A DNA stretch of 62,087 nucleotides, counting the filler, from Chiloscyllium plagiosum (taxonomy: Eukaryota), in the NCBI RefSeq assembly GCF_004010195.1. It is 4 parts of one record of this genome, joined end to end, with 100 filler letters (N's around TTAATTAATTAA, not from the genome) between each part and the next. Parts side by side here need not be neighbours in the genome. Positions count along the whole stretch, not along the records: positions 12,573 to 42,505 come from NC_057716.1; 3 more parts are not named here. One strand, given 5' to 3'. This document shows, one piece after another, positions 24,927 to 37,894 of this stretch. Made by a program: the position numbers and the translations under genes. Positions within the stretch are counted from its first letter, which is position 1, and the number at the start of each line of letters is the position of its first letter. Under the pieces are notes generated by a model. It did not search any database, had not been told where the DNA came from, and saw only the letters and a program-made list of their open reading frames with translations.

Positions 24927-25750
24927 GGTAGTGTAGTGGACAGTGAGGAAGATTTATCACAGAGTACAATGGGCCCTTGATCAGATGGACCAATTGGCTG
25001 AAGAGTGGCAGATGGATTTGTGCGGTGTTACATTTTAGTAAAGCAAACCAAGGCAGGACTTATAATTAATGGAAGTAATCTGGTGAGTGTTGCTGCACAA
25101 AGACTCCCAGGGGTGCAGGGTAGTTGCTTGAAAGTGGAGTTGCAGGTAGACAGGGTGGTGAAGGAGATATTTGGCCCACATTCCTTCATTGGTCAGTGCA
25201 TCAAATATAGGAGTTGGGTTGTCACATTGCGACTGTACAGGACAGTTGGTGAGGCCACTTGAGAAGGTGCAGAATAGATTTAGAATGTTGTTGTTGGGAT
25301 GGGAGTGGGGATGTGAGTTATAGGGAGAGGCTGAATAGGCTGAGGGTTATTTCCCTAGAGCATTGCAGGTTGAGGGCATGGCCTTATGGAGGTTTGTAAA
25401 ATCATGAGGGCAAGGATAGGGTGAATAGTTAAGGTCTTTTTTCTAGGCTGGTTGAGTCCAAAACCAGAGGGCGTAGGTTTAAGCTGAGAGAGGACAGATT
25501 TGAAAAGCAACTGAGGGATCACGTTTTCACACAGAGGGTAGTGAGTGTGTGGAATGAGCTGCCAGAGGAAGTGATGGAGGCTGGTACAATTATAGCATTC
25601 AAAAGGCATTTAGATGGGTATATTATTGGGAAGGGTTTAGAGGGATATGGGCCAAATACTGGCAAATGGGACTAGGTCAGATCGGGATGTCTGGTTAGTG
25701 CAAACAAGTTGGACGATAGGGTCTGTTTCTGTACAGTACGACTCTATGAC
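24927..25750 (+). mobile_element. CR1/HER1 LINE 3' portion abutting the LTR
   Basis: gtgtagtggacagtgagg (RT) through to the gactctatgac tail. Confidence 0.88.
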
Positions 25751-25918
25751 TTTACATTTGGACTGGGAGGAAACTCAGAGGAAACCCCATGCAGACATGG
25801 GGAGAAAGTGCAAACTCCACGCAGACAGCCACCACCGCTGGCTCAGCCTACAATGCCCACATCCATGAAGTTAAAAATCACACAACACCAGGTTATAGTA
25901 CAATAGGTTTAATTGGAA

Positions 25919-25954
25919 GCACTAGCTTTCGGAGCGCCGCTCCTTCATCAGGTG
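25919..25954 (-). ncRNA. Minimal hammerhead ribozyme motif, intact core
   Basis: Reverse complement: cac-CTGATGA-a-ggagc-ggc-gctcc-GAAA-G-CTA-gtg. Confidence 0.75.
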
Positions 25955-27516
25955 GTTGTGGAGGACATAACTGTAAGACACAGAATTTATAGCAAAAGTT
26001 TACAGTGTGATGTAACTGAAATTATACATTGAAAAATAACTTGATTGTTTGTTGAGTCTTTCATCTGTTTGAATACCATGATAGTTTCACTTCTTTCATG
26101 TGTAAATTCTAAAACTTTTTTTTTAAAAAAAAGTTACATTCTCAGGTTAACTGTAACAATTGGTATTAGCCAGGCAATATGTTGAAGGTGTTAGCCCCCT
26201 GTGTTCTCTGTCTGTGCCATAATGTTTAGACTGATTCTAATCTAAACAGTGAGATAACAGAGTCTTACATGAATTCATGCAGTTTTTGAGCAAAGCACAA
26301 CATAACTCTGCAAGTGCAAATTCACTCCACAAACGTATATGTATATGTGTGCATGTGTGTGTGTGTGTGTGTGGGGTGGGGGGTTGTAAGCATGAGAGAG
26401 AGTGTATATATGTGTATGTGAGTGTAGAGTGTCTTAAGTCTGTGAGGGGGTGCATGTGTGAGTGTGGGAGTGTGTATGTCTGTAAGGGTGTGTGTGTGTC
26501 TGGGGTGGGGGTTGTGAGTGTCTGTGAGAGGGTATATATATGTGTGCGTGAGTGTAGAGTGGTCTAAGTCTGTGAGAGGATGCATATGTGTGCGTGTCTG
26601 TGTGTGTAGTGCAATGGTGGTCACCTGTAGTGTGACCTGGTTGAGGCCCTCCCTATGGGTACCGAACTTAGCTATCAGCCTCTGCTCGGCCACTTTTCGC
26701 CTTGGAGGATGGTCACCCGAAGGTCCGAGGAAGAATGTCCTGGACCACTGAAGTGTTCCCCAACTGGGAGGGAACACTCCTGTCTGTTGATTGTTGTGCG
26801 GTGCCCATTCATCCGTTGTCGTAGCCTTTGCTCGGTTTCCCCAATGTACCATGCCTCCGGGCATCCTTGCCTGCAACGTATAAGATAGACAATGTTGACT
26901 GAGTCATGTGAGTACCTGCCATGTACAAAGTGGGAGGTGTCCCCACGTGTAATGGTGGTATCCATGTCCTCACTCTGATACGTCTCGTAGCGCCTACCGT
27001 GACAGGGTTGTATGGGCTTGTCCTGAGAGCGGGGCAGATCGCTACGAACAATGATCGGTTTGAGGTTTGGCGGTTGTTTAAAGGCAAGTAGTGGAGGTGT
27101 GGGAAAGGTCTTGGCAAGTTGCTCATCTTCATTGATAATGTGTTGCAGGTTACGAAGAACATGGCAGAGTTACATTGTACTTTGCTCAAAAACTGCATGA
27201 ATTCATGTAAGACTCTGTTATCTCACTGTTTAGATTAGAATCAGTCTAAACATTATGGCACAGACAGAGAACACAGGGGGCTAACACCTTCAACATATTG
27301 CCTGGCTGACACCAATTGTTACAGTTAACCTGAGAATGTAACTTTTTAAAAAAAAGTTTTGTGACTTACACATGAAAGAAGTGAAACTATCATGGTATTC
27401 AAACAGATGAAAGACTCAACAAACAATCAAGTTATTTTTCAATGCATAATTTCAGTTACATCATACTGTAAACTTTTTCTATAAATTCTGTGTCTTACAG
27501 TTATGTCCTCCACAAT

Positions 27517-27551
27517 CACCTGATGAAGGAGCGTCGCTCCGAAAGCTAGTG
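27517..27551 (+). ncRNA. Minimal hammerhead ribozyme motif, intact core
   Basis: cac-CTGATGA-a-ggagc-gtc-gctcc-GAAA-G-CTA-gtg; palindromic AGCT stem III, CUA site. Confidence 0.75.
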
Positions 27552-28529
27552 CTTCCAATTAAACCTGTTGGACTATAACCTGGTGTTGTGTGATTTTTAA
27601 CTTTGTACACCCCAGTCCAACACCAGCATCTCCAAATCATCACATCCATGAATTGATTTTTTTAAAATTCTACTGGATCAATTTGGTTTGGGATCAGGCA
27701 CTATAGCTGAGCTATATATAATCAGCTACATGACCTTTGAAATAATGTTCTTCAGAGCACAATCTCAATCTATCTTCTCACCTTCTTATTCTTAAGTCAA
27801 TGTATGACCTTACTGGGTCTAAACAACCTGATGGGTTTGGCACCTGCTTTGAGTGTGATGCTATATGCTGTATTGAGCTTCATTAGGGTTGTAAAGAGGC
27901 TGAGGAATTGATGTCTAAACTCAACTGGAGGTCTTCCAGCTGATAATTTAATATAATTTAACAATGATGTCACAGTTTACCTGGGAGTGTGTGCTGATAT
28001 CGAGCCCCGCTGTTCCTGGAGTCACTGTAAAGGTGAAACGTTAATTAAACTACTAAAATTCCCAACTTACTTGACTGTATTATTCAGTTCAGAAGAAATA
28101 CATTACAAGTTCTGGTCACTATCAAGAATTTAACCACTTACTGTGACCAAACTGACTTTCTAGCCCAATGGTATATAATAAGGAAAATGAATTTCTAATT
28201 TCCGACTGTTCAACTTTACCTCTTGTAAGTTCACACACGTAAATAGGCACACAAAGAGAAACAGGCAAGACATAATTGCTATGAGTGGAGAAAAAAGGTC
28301 AGGGAAGATTCTCTTGTATTACCAGTTGAAATCGCAAAGAATTGGATAGGTTGGTTCTTCAATGATGCCACATTGTTATTTTTACAGTGATGACCAATCT
28401 TTAGTTCATCCTTTGTTTAATTTGACTCGATGTTTTTCTTTTCCATTGGGGTTTTAAAATTATTTCTTTCGGCATCTCTGAATGTAGTTTTCCTGCTTTT
28501 CTGACTGAGAATTGGAGCAACTTTGTTAG

Positions 28530-28875
28530 AATTAGAATTCCTGCAGTGTGGAAACAGGCCCTTCAGCCCAGCAAGTCCACACCAACCCTTTGAAGAGTAG
28601 CCCACCCAGGCCCATTCACCTGTTATTCTACATTTCCCCCAACTAAATGCTTCTCACCTGCACATCCCTGAACACTATGGGCAATTTAGCATGGCCAATT
28701 CACCTGACCTACACATTTTTCAGTTGTGGAAGGAAACCAGAGCACCCGAAGGAAACCCATGCAGACATGGGGAGAAATTCCATCTCCATGCAGACAGTAG
28801 CCCGAGGCTGGAATTGAACCCGGATCCCTGGTGCTGTGAGGCAGCTGTGCTAACCACTGAGCAACCATGCTCCCC
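28530..28875 (-). mobile_element. HE1 SINE
   Basis: Reverse complement of the 15436-15752 SINE family. Confidence 0.9.
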
Positions 28876-29741
28876 CCTATGACAGGGACACGGAGATATT
28901 AATCCAGACAACTTTGAAGATTTGTTTGCTTCTCTGTTTGCATTTCTCTCACAGGCTGTGTGTGGTAGGATGCAACCTGAGGAACCAGGGGGTGGTTACT
29001 ATGCTGGCGCTCTTGAACCCACAATAAACGGTGAAATTTCATCTGGCTCAATATTCTCAAAAGAGTAGGATTGTTCCATATGCATCAGCTAGCTTCACCC
29101 ATTTATACATGTTGCCCACAACTCTTTATACATTCTCCCCTTGTAAAAAGCAGTGTTCATTTTTTTTTCATTTTCAGCCCACTGTCAAATGTAAAAAAGA
29201 TGTGTTTTTTTACATGAAGTCAAGGGTTGTACAGCCTTCCTGTTGTGTAGAAAGTACAGTTAATCATACAGTATTACACCAATTTGTCAGTCAGGTGTTG
29301 TAACATTGCCTAACACTAATCATTTACTGTGAAGTTCAATCATCCAGAGGTGAATAGTTGAACATGTGATGGTTGTCAGCAGTGTTCCCTCTAAGACATC
29401 CTTTCCTGTTGTCTCTGAAGGTGACTGCTGCTCGGAACCTCCATGTGACTGGCTCTGTTCAGGGAATGATGGGAGAGCTATTTGGATCTCTCAATCCTGC
29501 CCTGACAAGCATCAGTTTGGCGACCAATGGCATCTACGCAAGATCACCATAGTTAATTTTGTTCCCCGATGAGGAGGTCAGTCCAGTAGTGGAATTTGGG
29601 AACATAGTGGACACACACAGGTGCAGGATGCCATCCACATGTTACACTGAGAGCGCTATATCACAATGCGGTGGAATTCACTATTATGAAGGAGTTCCAT
29701 TTGATGCAGGATCAGTGATCACCATTCGCATTCCCTGGAGG

Positions 29742-30745
29742 TTATAGAGTCATAGAATCATACAGCATGGGAACAGATCCTTTGATCCAACTCATCTGCA
29801 CCAGCCATGCTTCCCAACCTGAATTACGCTCCAGGGAAGAAAGTCCCAGCCTATCCAGCCTCTTCCCAGTCAGTCCCAGCAACATGATTGTAAATTGTTT
29901 CTGCACTCTCTCCAGTTTAATAACATCCTTGCTATAGCAGAGCAACCATAATTGCATGCAGTACTCCAAAAGCGGCCTTACTCATCTCACAGTGGGAAAG
30001 CAGGCCATTCAGTCCTCACTGACCATGCAGAGAGCATCCCTACCCTATCCACGTAGCGAATCCAACAAACTTGCACACCTTTGGAGGAAACCAATGCAGG
30101 CACATGGACAATGTGCAAACTCCACACAGACAGTTGCCTGAGGATGGAATTGAACCTGGGTCCTTGGCTCTATAAAGCAGCTGTGCGAGCCACTGAGCCA
30201 CCATGCCACCCAACAAAGTCCTGTAGAACTGCAACATGATGTCCTAACTCCTACACTCAATGCTCTGATCAACGAAGGCAAGAGTGCTAAATACCTTCCT
30301 CACTGCTCTGACTGCCAGTGATGCAACTTTCAAGGAACTATGTACCTGTACTCATAGGTCTCTCTGTTCTACAACATTCCCCAGTGCCCTTACATTAACT
30401 GTGTAAGCCCTGCACTGGTTTTTCTTCCCAAAATGGAACACCTCGCATTTATCTAAATTAAACTCCATCTACCATTCTTTGGCCCATTGGCCCAGTTGAC
30501 GAAGATTTCATTGTACTGTTTTACAACCTTCTTCACTGTCCACAATACCACAATACCACTAATTTTGATGTCAGCTGAAACATACTACCAAGCCTCTTAT
30601 ATTGTCATCCAAATAATTTATATGAATGACAAACAATAGTAGACCCAGCACTTGTGGCAAACCACTTGTCACAGGTCTCCAGTCCAACCAATAATACTCT
30701 ACCAACCACCCTCTGTCTCCTACAGTCAGGATAATCTTGTATCCA
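29742..30745 (-). mobile_element. CR1/HER1 LINE 3' portion with nested HE1 SINE (~29985-30210)
   Basis: EYCMQLWLLCYSKDVIKLERVQKQFT on minus; SINE head ggcatggtggctcagtggctc. Confidence 0.88.
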
Positions 30746-30830
30746 ATTGATTAACTCTCCCTGGTGCGTGCTCACTACCCTTGGCAGATGCCATGATTCC
30801 TACATCTTGGAGCACTTACATGTACCTGAA

Positions 30831-31040
30831 CCTGTCAACCTGTGGAAATCTCTCCCACAAAAAGCTGTTGGGGTGAGCTTGTTAGATATATTCACGCGGG
30901 AGATGGACACAGGCCTAGCATCTAAAGGGATCAAGGGGTATAGAGAGAAAGCGGGAGTGGGATATTGAAATTGCATTAGCCATGATCACATTGAATGGTG
31001 GTGCTGGCTGAAAGGGCCAAATGGCATTTTCCTGCACTTA
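30831..31040 (+). mobile_element. CR1 3' end fragment
   Basis: VNLWKSLPQKAV...KGIKGY followed by 3' UTR. Confidence 0.8.
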
Positions 31041-31041
31041 T

Positions 31042-32096
31042 AGAGTCATAGAGTCAGAGATGTACAGCATGGAAACAGACCCTTCTGTCCAACCGACCTG
31101 CCAGCACCTGGCCCATATCCCTCCATACCCTTCCTATTCATATACCCAAGCAAATGCCTCTTAAATGTTGCAACTGTACCAGACTCCACCCCTTCCTCTG
31201 GCAGCTCATTCCATACATGTACCACCCTCTGCGTCAAAAGGTTGCCCCTTAGGTCTCGATTATATCTTTCCCCTCTCACCCTAAACCTATGCCTTCTAGT
31301 TCTGGACTCCGTGACCCCAGGGAAAAGACTTTGCCTATTTACCCTATCTATGTCCCTCATAATTTTGTAAACCTCTATAAGGTCACCCCTCAGCCTCCGA
31401 CACTCCAGGGAAAACAGCCCCAGCCTGTTCAGCCTCCCCATATAGCTCAAATCCTCCAACCCTGACAACATCCTTGTAAATCTTTTCTGAACCCTTTCAA
31501 GTTTCACAACATCTTTCCAATAGAAAGGAGACCAGAATTGCACGCAATCTTCCAACAGTGGCCCAACCAATGTCCTGTACAGCCGCAACATGACCTCCCA
31601 ACTCCTGTACTCAATACTCTGACCAATAAAAGAAAGCATACCAAACGCCTTCTTCACTATCCTATCTACCTGCGACTTCACTTTCAAGGAGCTATGAACC
31701 TGCACTCCAAGGTCTCTTTGTTCAGCAACACTCCCTTAGCATTAAGTGTATAAGTCTTGCTAAGATTTGCTTTCCCAAAACGCAGTACCTCACATTTATC
31801 TGAATTAAACTCCATCTGCTACTTCTCAGCCCATTGGCCCATCTGATCAAGATCCTGTTGTAATCTGAGGTAACCCTCTTCGCTGTCCACTACACCTCCA
31901 ATTTTGGTGTCATCTGCAAACTTACTAACTGTATCTCAGATGCTCACATCCAAATCATTTATGTAAATGACAAAAAGTAGAGGACCCAGCACCGATCTTT
32001 GTGGCACTCCACTGGTCACAGGCCTCCAGTCTGAAAAACAACCCTCCACCACCATCCTCTGTCTTCTACCTTTGAGCCAGTTCTGTATCCAAATGG
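31042..32096 (-). mobile_element. CR1/HER1 LINE 3' portion (young-looking)
   Basis: 219-aa ORF 31046-31705 is the ORF2 C-terminus; [20 protein letters not shown]. Confidence 0.95.
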
Positions 32097-32278
32097 CCAG
32101 GCAGCATCCGAGGAGCAGGAGAATCGACGTTTTGGGCATAAGCTCGAATATTCCTGAAGAAGGGCTTATACCCGAAACATTGATTCTCCTGCTCCTCGGA
32201 TGCTGCCTGGCCTGCTGTTTTTTTCCAGCACCACACTTTTCAACTCTGGTCTCCAGTATCTGCAGTCCTCACTTTCCC
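32097..32278. mobile_element. Fold-back PLE pseudo-LTR insertion with hammerhead motif and 14-bp TSD
   Basis: TSD ctgta(t/c)ccaaatgg at 32083-32096 and 32279-32292; CTGAAGA-agggcttataccc-GAAAC at 32154-32178. Confidence 0.88.
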
Positions 32279-32314
32279 CTGTACCCAAATGGTTAGTTCT
32301 CCCTGTATTCCGTG

Positions 32315-32623
32315 AGGCCAATGGTATTAGGCAAGAACTTTTGAAAGCTGATTGGGGGCAGATGTTCACAGGTAAACAGACGGCTGGAAACTGGGAAGCC
32401 TTCAGAAATGAGATAATGAGAATCCAGAGAAAGTATATTCCTGTGAGGATGAAAGGAGAGGCTGATAGGTATAGAGAATGCTGGATGACTAAAGAAATTG
32501 AGGGTTTGGTTAAGAAAAAGAAGGAAGCATATGTAAGGTACAGACAGGATAGATTGAGTGAATCCTAAGATGAGTATAAAGGCAGTAGGAATATACTTAA
32601 GAGGGAAATCAGGAGGGCAAAAA
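32315..32623 (+). mobile_element. CR1 internal fragment, inverted relative to the adjacent copy
   Basis: GIRQELLKADWGQMF...CWMTKEIEGLVKKKKEAY. Confidence 0.85.
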
Positions 32624-35268
32624 GTTTCTGCATTTGAGGGTCCAAGTGCCTTAAAAAGCTGGTTACTCAGGGGGGACAAGGACTATCCAATGTAATCACA
32701 ACTGATATCACCATTGTACAACCTCCTTATTATGTACAGTGCAGAGACAATGATACCCATGTCCTTGGTGGAGAAGATGATAGGACTGCGAAAGATGCAG
32801 ACTTGCTGTTTAGACCAGTCTGGGATGGCTACCCAGTGTACTCTGGGCCAAAGGTACTACATTACCCTGGTATGCTGTGCTCTGCAAATTGGAACAGGCA
32901 GTGAGGATGCTGAAGAACTAGGAAAGAGTAATAGTCTTCTTCTGAGGAGGATGAGGACATTGTGGGGAGGAAGCTCTCGTTCTCTGTGACAGAGCTTTGC
33001 TGTGCCAGGTGCTACAAATCAGGTGGGAGCTGAATAACACCCAGTTCCAGTTGATAAGAGCTGGGTGCAGCAGATCATCATGGACGATAGAATAGTCATC
33101 CTGCCAGTACTTGGTTTGCATTGTCAAGGCAACCTGCAGCCTCTGTTTAGTTTGTGTTCACCTTTGCTGAGAGTAAATAAAAGTTTGTGTTAGGAATTGT
33201 CTGAATGGTTGCTGAGAAATGATGTTCATCTACTGAAGAAAACACAAGCTAAGGGCATTGGGAACAGAGTAGCAATGACTCACAGGGTGTTCAGATAAAT
33301 TGTAGCTACAGACTGGTCTGCTGGTTAAACAGTGTCAAGGGTGGGAGAATCAGGTTGTACGTGTAAGGATTGCCAGCTAGACTACGTGCCATGGTTTGCA
33401 TGGCTTTATGGCTTTTGTGGCATTATGTTGCTGGATTGCCAACACTTTGCCAGGTGCACAGTAACCTTTCAAAGATGGCACAGGCTCAAGGGATCTGGTC
33501 ATTTGGTGAATATTTGCTGAGTGGTGAGTTGTTCTGGGAACAGAGCATGATAATTTGAGGATGAAATTGGATGTGAAGAATGACAGAGGGTGGGGTAGGT
33601 GGTTAATAAGGTGAGTTTTGTACGACACGGTGATAAATCCTGGGAGATGAACAATGCTCCTAAATACTCTACATAACTCACAATTAGTCAAAATTAGATT
33701 TAGCAGATTTACCCCAAAGCCTCTCAATCCCACAGCACCCTTTTGCTCGAAGGTCTTTTTTTCCTATAAACCAGAAGCTGTATCAAATTTGCAGTTACTT
33801 GCTCATATCCTTGGTAGCATAAGTTTCTGCATTCATTGCACTAAGAACAGAGATGACTATCTCCTCACCACCATTGTAACCTTGTTCAAGATATTTACCC
33901 AGCTTTGAAACGGCATGTTTCAGCTGTCAGAGAGATGTCAGAGGATTGAAAAGTGGCAATCGTTACTCAAGAAAGGCTCTTAATGCAAGGCTCTTTCTGG
34001 TACATTTCAGGATAATTAACTTAAATTAGCCAAAAAAAGACTGGTCATACAGTGATAGGTTTAAGGCTTTGGGTGAGAGATACAGTTGAGAAGGTGGATG
34101 TGAGGAAAGTTTTTGCCACATAGAAGATCTTAATTATCCAGGCCTCACTGTCCAGAAGGGCAAGTGGAAGCAGGGATAATCAATAATTTCGAAAGGAAAT
34201 TTGATAAGCACTTGATGGATAATAAGCTTGCAGATTCACTGGGATAGAGTCTGAGAATGGGGAAGCATTGAATGATCTAAAGAGAGCCAGTATGGTTTCC
34301 TTCTGTGTGAACTGACTTTACAGACACCATATAGGCACTAATGTTGAGGAATGGATTGAAGAATGTTTACTTTGCTTATCACCATATTGAAACTATCTTC
34401 CCACTTGCCTGAATAATGCTTTCAGCTCCCATTTTCTCCAAGTACCAAAGTGTCAAATTCAGGCCAATGTATCTTTCCTATATTGGTCTAAACTAAGTTC
34501 CTATGATGATATCAATATAACTCACATTGCTATGACACCTCCAATGTAAACAAAAAGTGACTAAATGAGCTTCACAGATGCTTGACAGGAACTAACGTTG
34601 AGCTGAAAATGATAGTGGTCAGTGAAATATTGTTAATTAGTGGGGCTTGATGATGTAGAGGGAAGTGGACAAACAGGACAATTCAGGGATAGAGTTCCAG
34701 AGGATAGGAATGGGGTAGCTGAGGTTACTGCCGGCAATGACTGAAAAAAGGTGCAAGACAATTGTTGTTTAGAGCTGACTAACAGCTTCTGTTTGGACTG
34801 ATGCTGAGTTGGACACCAGGACAGGAATTAGAGATAGATTAATGATATTGCTACATACTGAATAATCAGATCACGGTGACATGTATCAAGCTTCATGTCT
34901 CTCAGCCCATTTATTTAATGTGACAATTCACCACCTCTTTACACACTGACATTCACCATAAATAATTGGCAAAGTAATCAATATTGTAGCCTGGTTTATT
35001 TTATGACACTGGAAATTGACATACATCACTCTATGCAAAACACATTGCAACACGCCGTGTGAAGCTACTGGATGTATAATTCCCAAGTGGTTAGACTTTG
35101 AAGGAATTGGAAGGATCAGAACTATTGCAGTGATTATGGTCTAATTGCATCATTGCTTTGTAATGTGCACTATTTCTTTGCAATATATAGAAATACTGAA
35201 TCGAAGCAGACAACAGGCAGAGAGAAAAGTGGAATTGAAGTGTCTTTCAACTTACTTACACAGACAAA

Positions 35269-35570
35269 ATGAAAACCATTCTCTTTCTGTTTGCAGCAGC
35301 CCAGATTTTCTACTTTTCTGGCAAGTGTTGAAATATGCTAAGGAACAGGGTTTTTTTTGCATTATTTGTTGTTGACATGATTAGATGTTAACTCAAAGGC
35401 TAATTATCCAAAATATTTTCATCCTTAAAATCCGGTGTGTTTTGATTTAGGGGAAATATGTGGAAATATTACCTTTGCAGCCATTGGTATAATCGAAGTT
35501 GCTACAATTACAAAGTTGAATGAAGACTTTGCGATGAATTTTTGCTATTGTGAGGTGTGCAGTAACAAAT
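35269..35570 (+). pseudogene. spp2: SPP2-like exon 1 (35269-35320) and exon 2 (35451-35570), copy A
   Basis: Exon 1 is the signal peptide MKTILFLFAAAQIFYFS/G, phase 1, with a GC donor and a TATA-like tatata ~85 nt upstream. Exon 2 reads GEICGNITFAAIGIIEVATITKLNEDF, then frameshifts to FAIVRCAVTN|gtaag. Confidence 0.65.
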
Positions 35571-37029
35571 GTAAGCTACACCAACAAAACTGACTTCTTT
35601 TCGGTCTTTTTCCTCATAATAAGAATTACCATGGTGAATTCCTTCTGTTGACTGCACAACTATATTACTGTCAAGAGATAAAAAAAAGTCCTATGGCATT
35701 TGACATAATTGTTGTTTATGATGGAAGATTTTATTATATTTTATCAAAATTTAATATCTGATTGTATTTTCTGTGCATCTAAGTTACTTTCTGTTGCCAT
35801 CACATTTCACAAATTGCTTTAATTGCCATGATCGAATGGCAGAGTAGTTTCAATGGATCAATTGCTCTAATTCTCTTCCTATTTCTTATAGTTTTATTGT
35901 AACAATTAGCCTTAAGTGTGTTTTGTTAATATTATAATGGGATATTCCTGTGCAAACACCTGTTTAAATTAGTTGTAAACCTGCAGTTTGACTCCAGAAG
36001 GCAGTAACAACAGGCTCTGGTCACAAGACAATACCGAACAGCAAATCCCAGTTTGTTCACATTGAATTCAATTTGCCAGCACAACAATGGCAAAATACTG
36101 CAGATGTTGAAAATCTGGTGTAAAGACAAAAGTGCTGAAACTGAGCAGGTCGGGTAGCATTTGGGCAGAGAGAAAAACAAAATTAATATTTCAGATCAAG
36201 GACCATTCTCTCCATTGTCCTCATCTTCTTGTCCACTTACTTTTATTTTCAAACTTTCCCTTTGCTAATGTTATTTTTACATTTAACTCTTTCTGGCAAG
36301 ACAATTATCTCATCCACATCCGTACTTTCAGCCTCCACTCAGAAACTGTATTAACAGTTGGAGCTTTCATTTCCTTTATGCATTAGGGAGAAACATTTTC
36401 ATTCCTTTTACCTCAAAAATATACTTCATTGAAATCCAGTTCAGTAACTATTTGAGCCTTTTATTTAATTAATCTGTACTTGGGAATTACATTTTAGCTC
36501 TTAATTTTAATCAAATTTTTATTTGAATCAAACAAAGGGTCATTTAGTCTATCAATAAATTGGCGTATGGATGAAGAACATCATCACTATTAAATGAGCG
36601 TTGCTTTTATTGAATAAAGATATTCCTTGGGGAATAGCCCTATTGCCTATATTCCCCGATGACAACTCAACAGTTCAACGATAAATATGTTATCATGATA
36701 CTTATGTTAGCCAACCATAGTTTGTTCAGAAACCTAATGTCTCCTTGTGCCATTATGTTTAAAACATGCTTTTATGTTGAGGTTGAACAATGAAACTGCC
36801 CCAGTTAACATTTAAAAAGGGGGTGGATGTGTAATCATTTCTGTCTAAACTGGAGCTCTCTATCAATGGACCATGGATGCGCCAGACGTTGTCTCCATTG
36901 TGTGTGTCTTTGCTTTCTTTTTTTAAGAAAAGAGTCTAAAGACAAAACTTGCACTCTGTGGTTGCACTCTGATTGCTTAACAGTTTTCTTGAAGCAAATG
37001 AAATCTTAAAGAGCAATTCCTGTCGGGAA

Positions 37030-37890
37030 ATTACGATGTTGTCCTACTTACAGCAGCTGTACAGCAAGTACATCAGCCACAAGGAGGCTAACTTTACTCT
37101 GGTAGCACACCCACGTTTTGATGCCCTGAATGGTGTTAAACAAGATTGCATTCAGGTATTACCAAGCTCTCAGCACTGATGATGTCACAATAACATTTCA
37201 CATAATATGAGAAACGGATTGTCTCACACCTGTAAAGAGTTTGGTTTGACTATCTTTGTGCATTATCAATGTGATGCTGGGGATTTCCAATAACCTTACA
37301 CAGCTAGACTCCCACAATTACCAACAATCTGCCACTTAAATCTGAAACCAATGTCCAAATTGCAAAAGCTGTGGATGCTATGTCCAAGCTGGATAGGAGA
37401 ATGTAGAAAAACAATGACCTGAGAACACCAAACTGCCTGCATCCTCAGTGCACTCTTCTCCTGGATAACATAGGCTAAGCTGGAGAAAAGGTTGAACAGT
37501 TTTCACATTTGCTGTCTCAGACAAATGCTGAGCATCTCTTGGCAGGACTAAATCACCTGCTCAAAGGTCGCAAAAGGTATAATTCCATCAACTTCCAGTT
37601 ATTGCTAAGCCAAAGGTACCCGTGTTGGTTTAATGACATTCAACATATTGATAACGAGCATATACACAAAGACATTCTGCAAAGTGAACTGGCCACTGGA
37701 TTGCAACTTCCTGGGCATTCATAGATCTGCTACAGGGTCACCTGCAAGCTAGATATACAACTAGAACACAATCACTAACAGCTTTATCTAGAGGTTGACT
37801 GTTTGGAAAGGCACTGGAAGAAGTGAGTAGAAATTGAAAGCTTAGTCGGCTGAGAAGGACAGCCATAGAAAATAGAGGCCAGTGAATTTT
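37030..37890 (+). mobile_element. RTE-clade LINE fragment, old
   Basis: CKEFGLTI, EKRLNSFHICCLRQMLSISWQD, KDILQSELATG. Confidence 0.8.
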
Positions 37891-37894
37891 CTTT

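Larger units (their letters stand above)
25870..27640 (-). mobile_element. Penelope-like element (Neptune-like GIY-YIG) with ~440-bp inverted pseudo-LTRs and 12-bp TSD
   Basis: NIVYLIRCRQGCPEAWYIGETEQRLRQRMNGHR on minus. Arms 25868-26311 and 27164-27603. TSD cacatccatgaa at 25858-25869 and 27641-27652. Internal GT-rich tract. Confidence 0.93.
29400..32950 (+). pseudogene. PIF/Harbinger (HARBI1-like) transposase relic in three pieces (~29400-29740, ~30760-30830, ~32625-32950)
   Basis: In order: LKVTAARNLHVTGS..ISQS, VQDAI..HV, CHDSYIL, GDKDYP, VEKMIGLRKMQTCCLDQSG and LVCCALQ, matching Harbinger DDE motifs. Confidence 0.75.

Noticed and set aside
26237..26751. His/Thr- and Cys/Val-rich ORFs
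   Set aside because: Translations of the GT/CA microsatellite tract inside the Penelope element.
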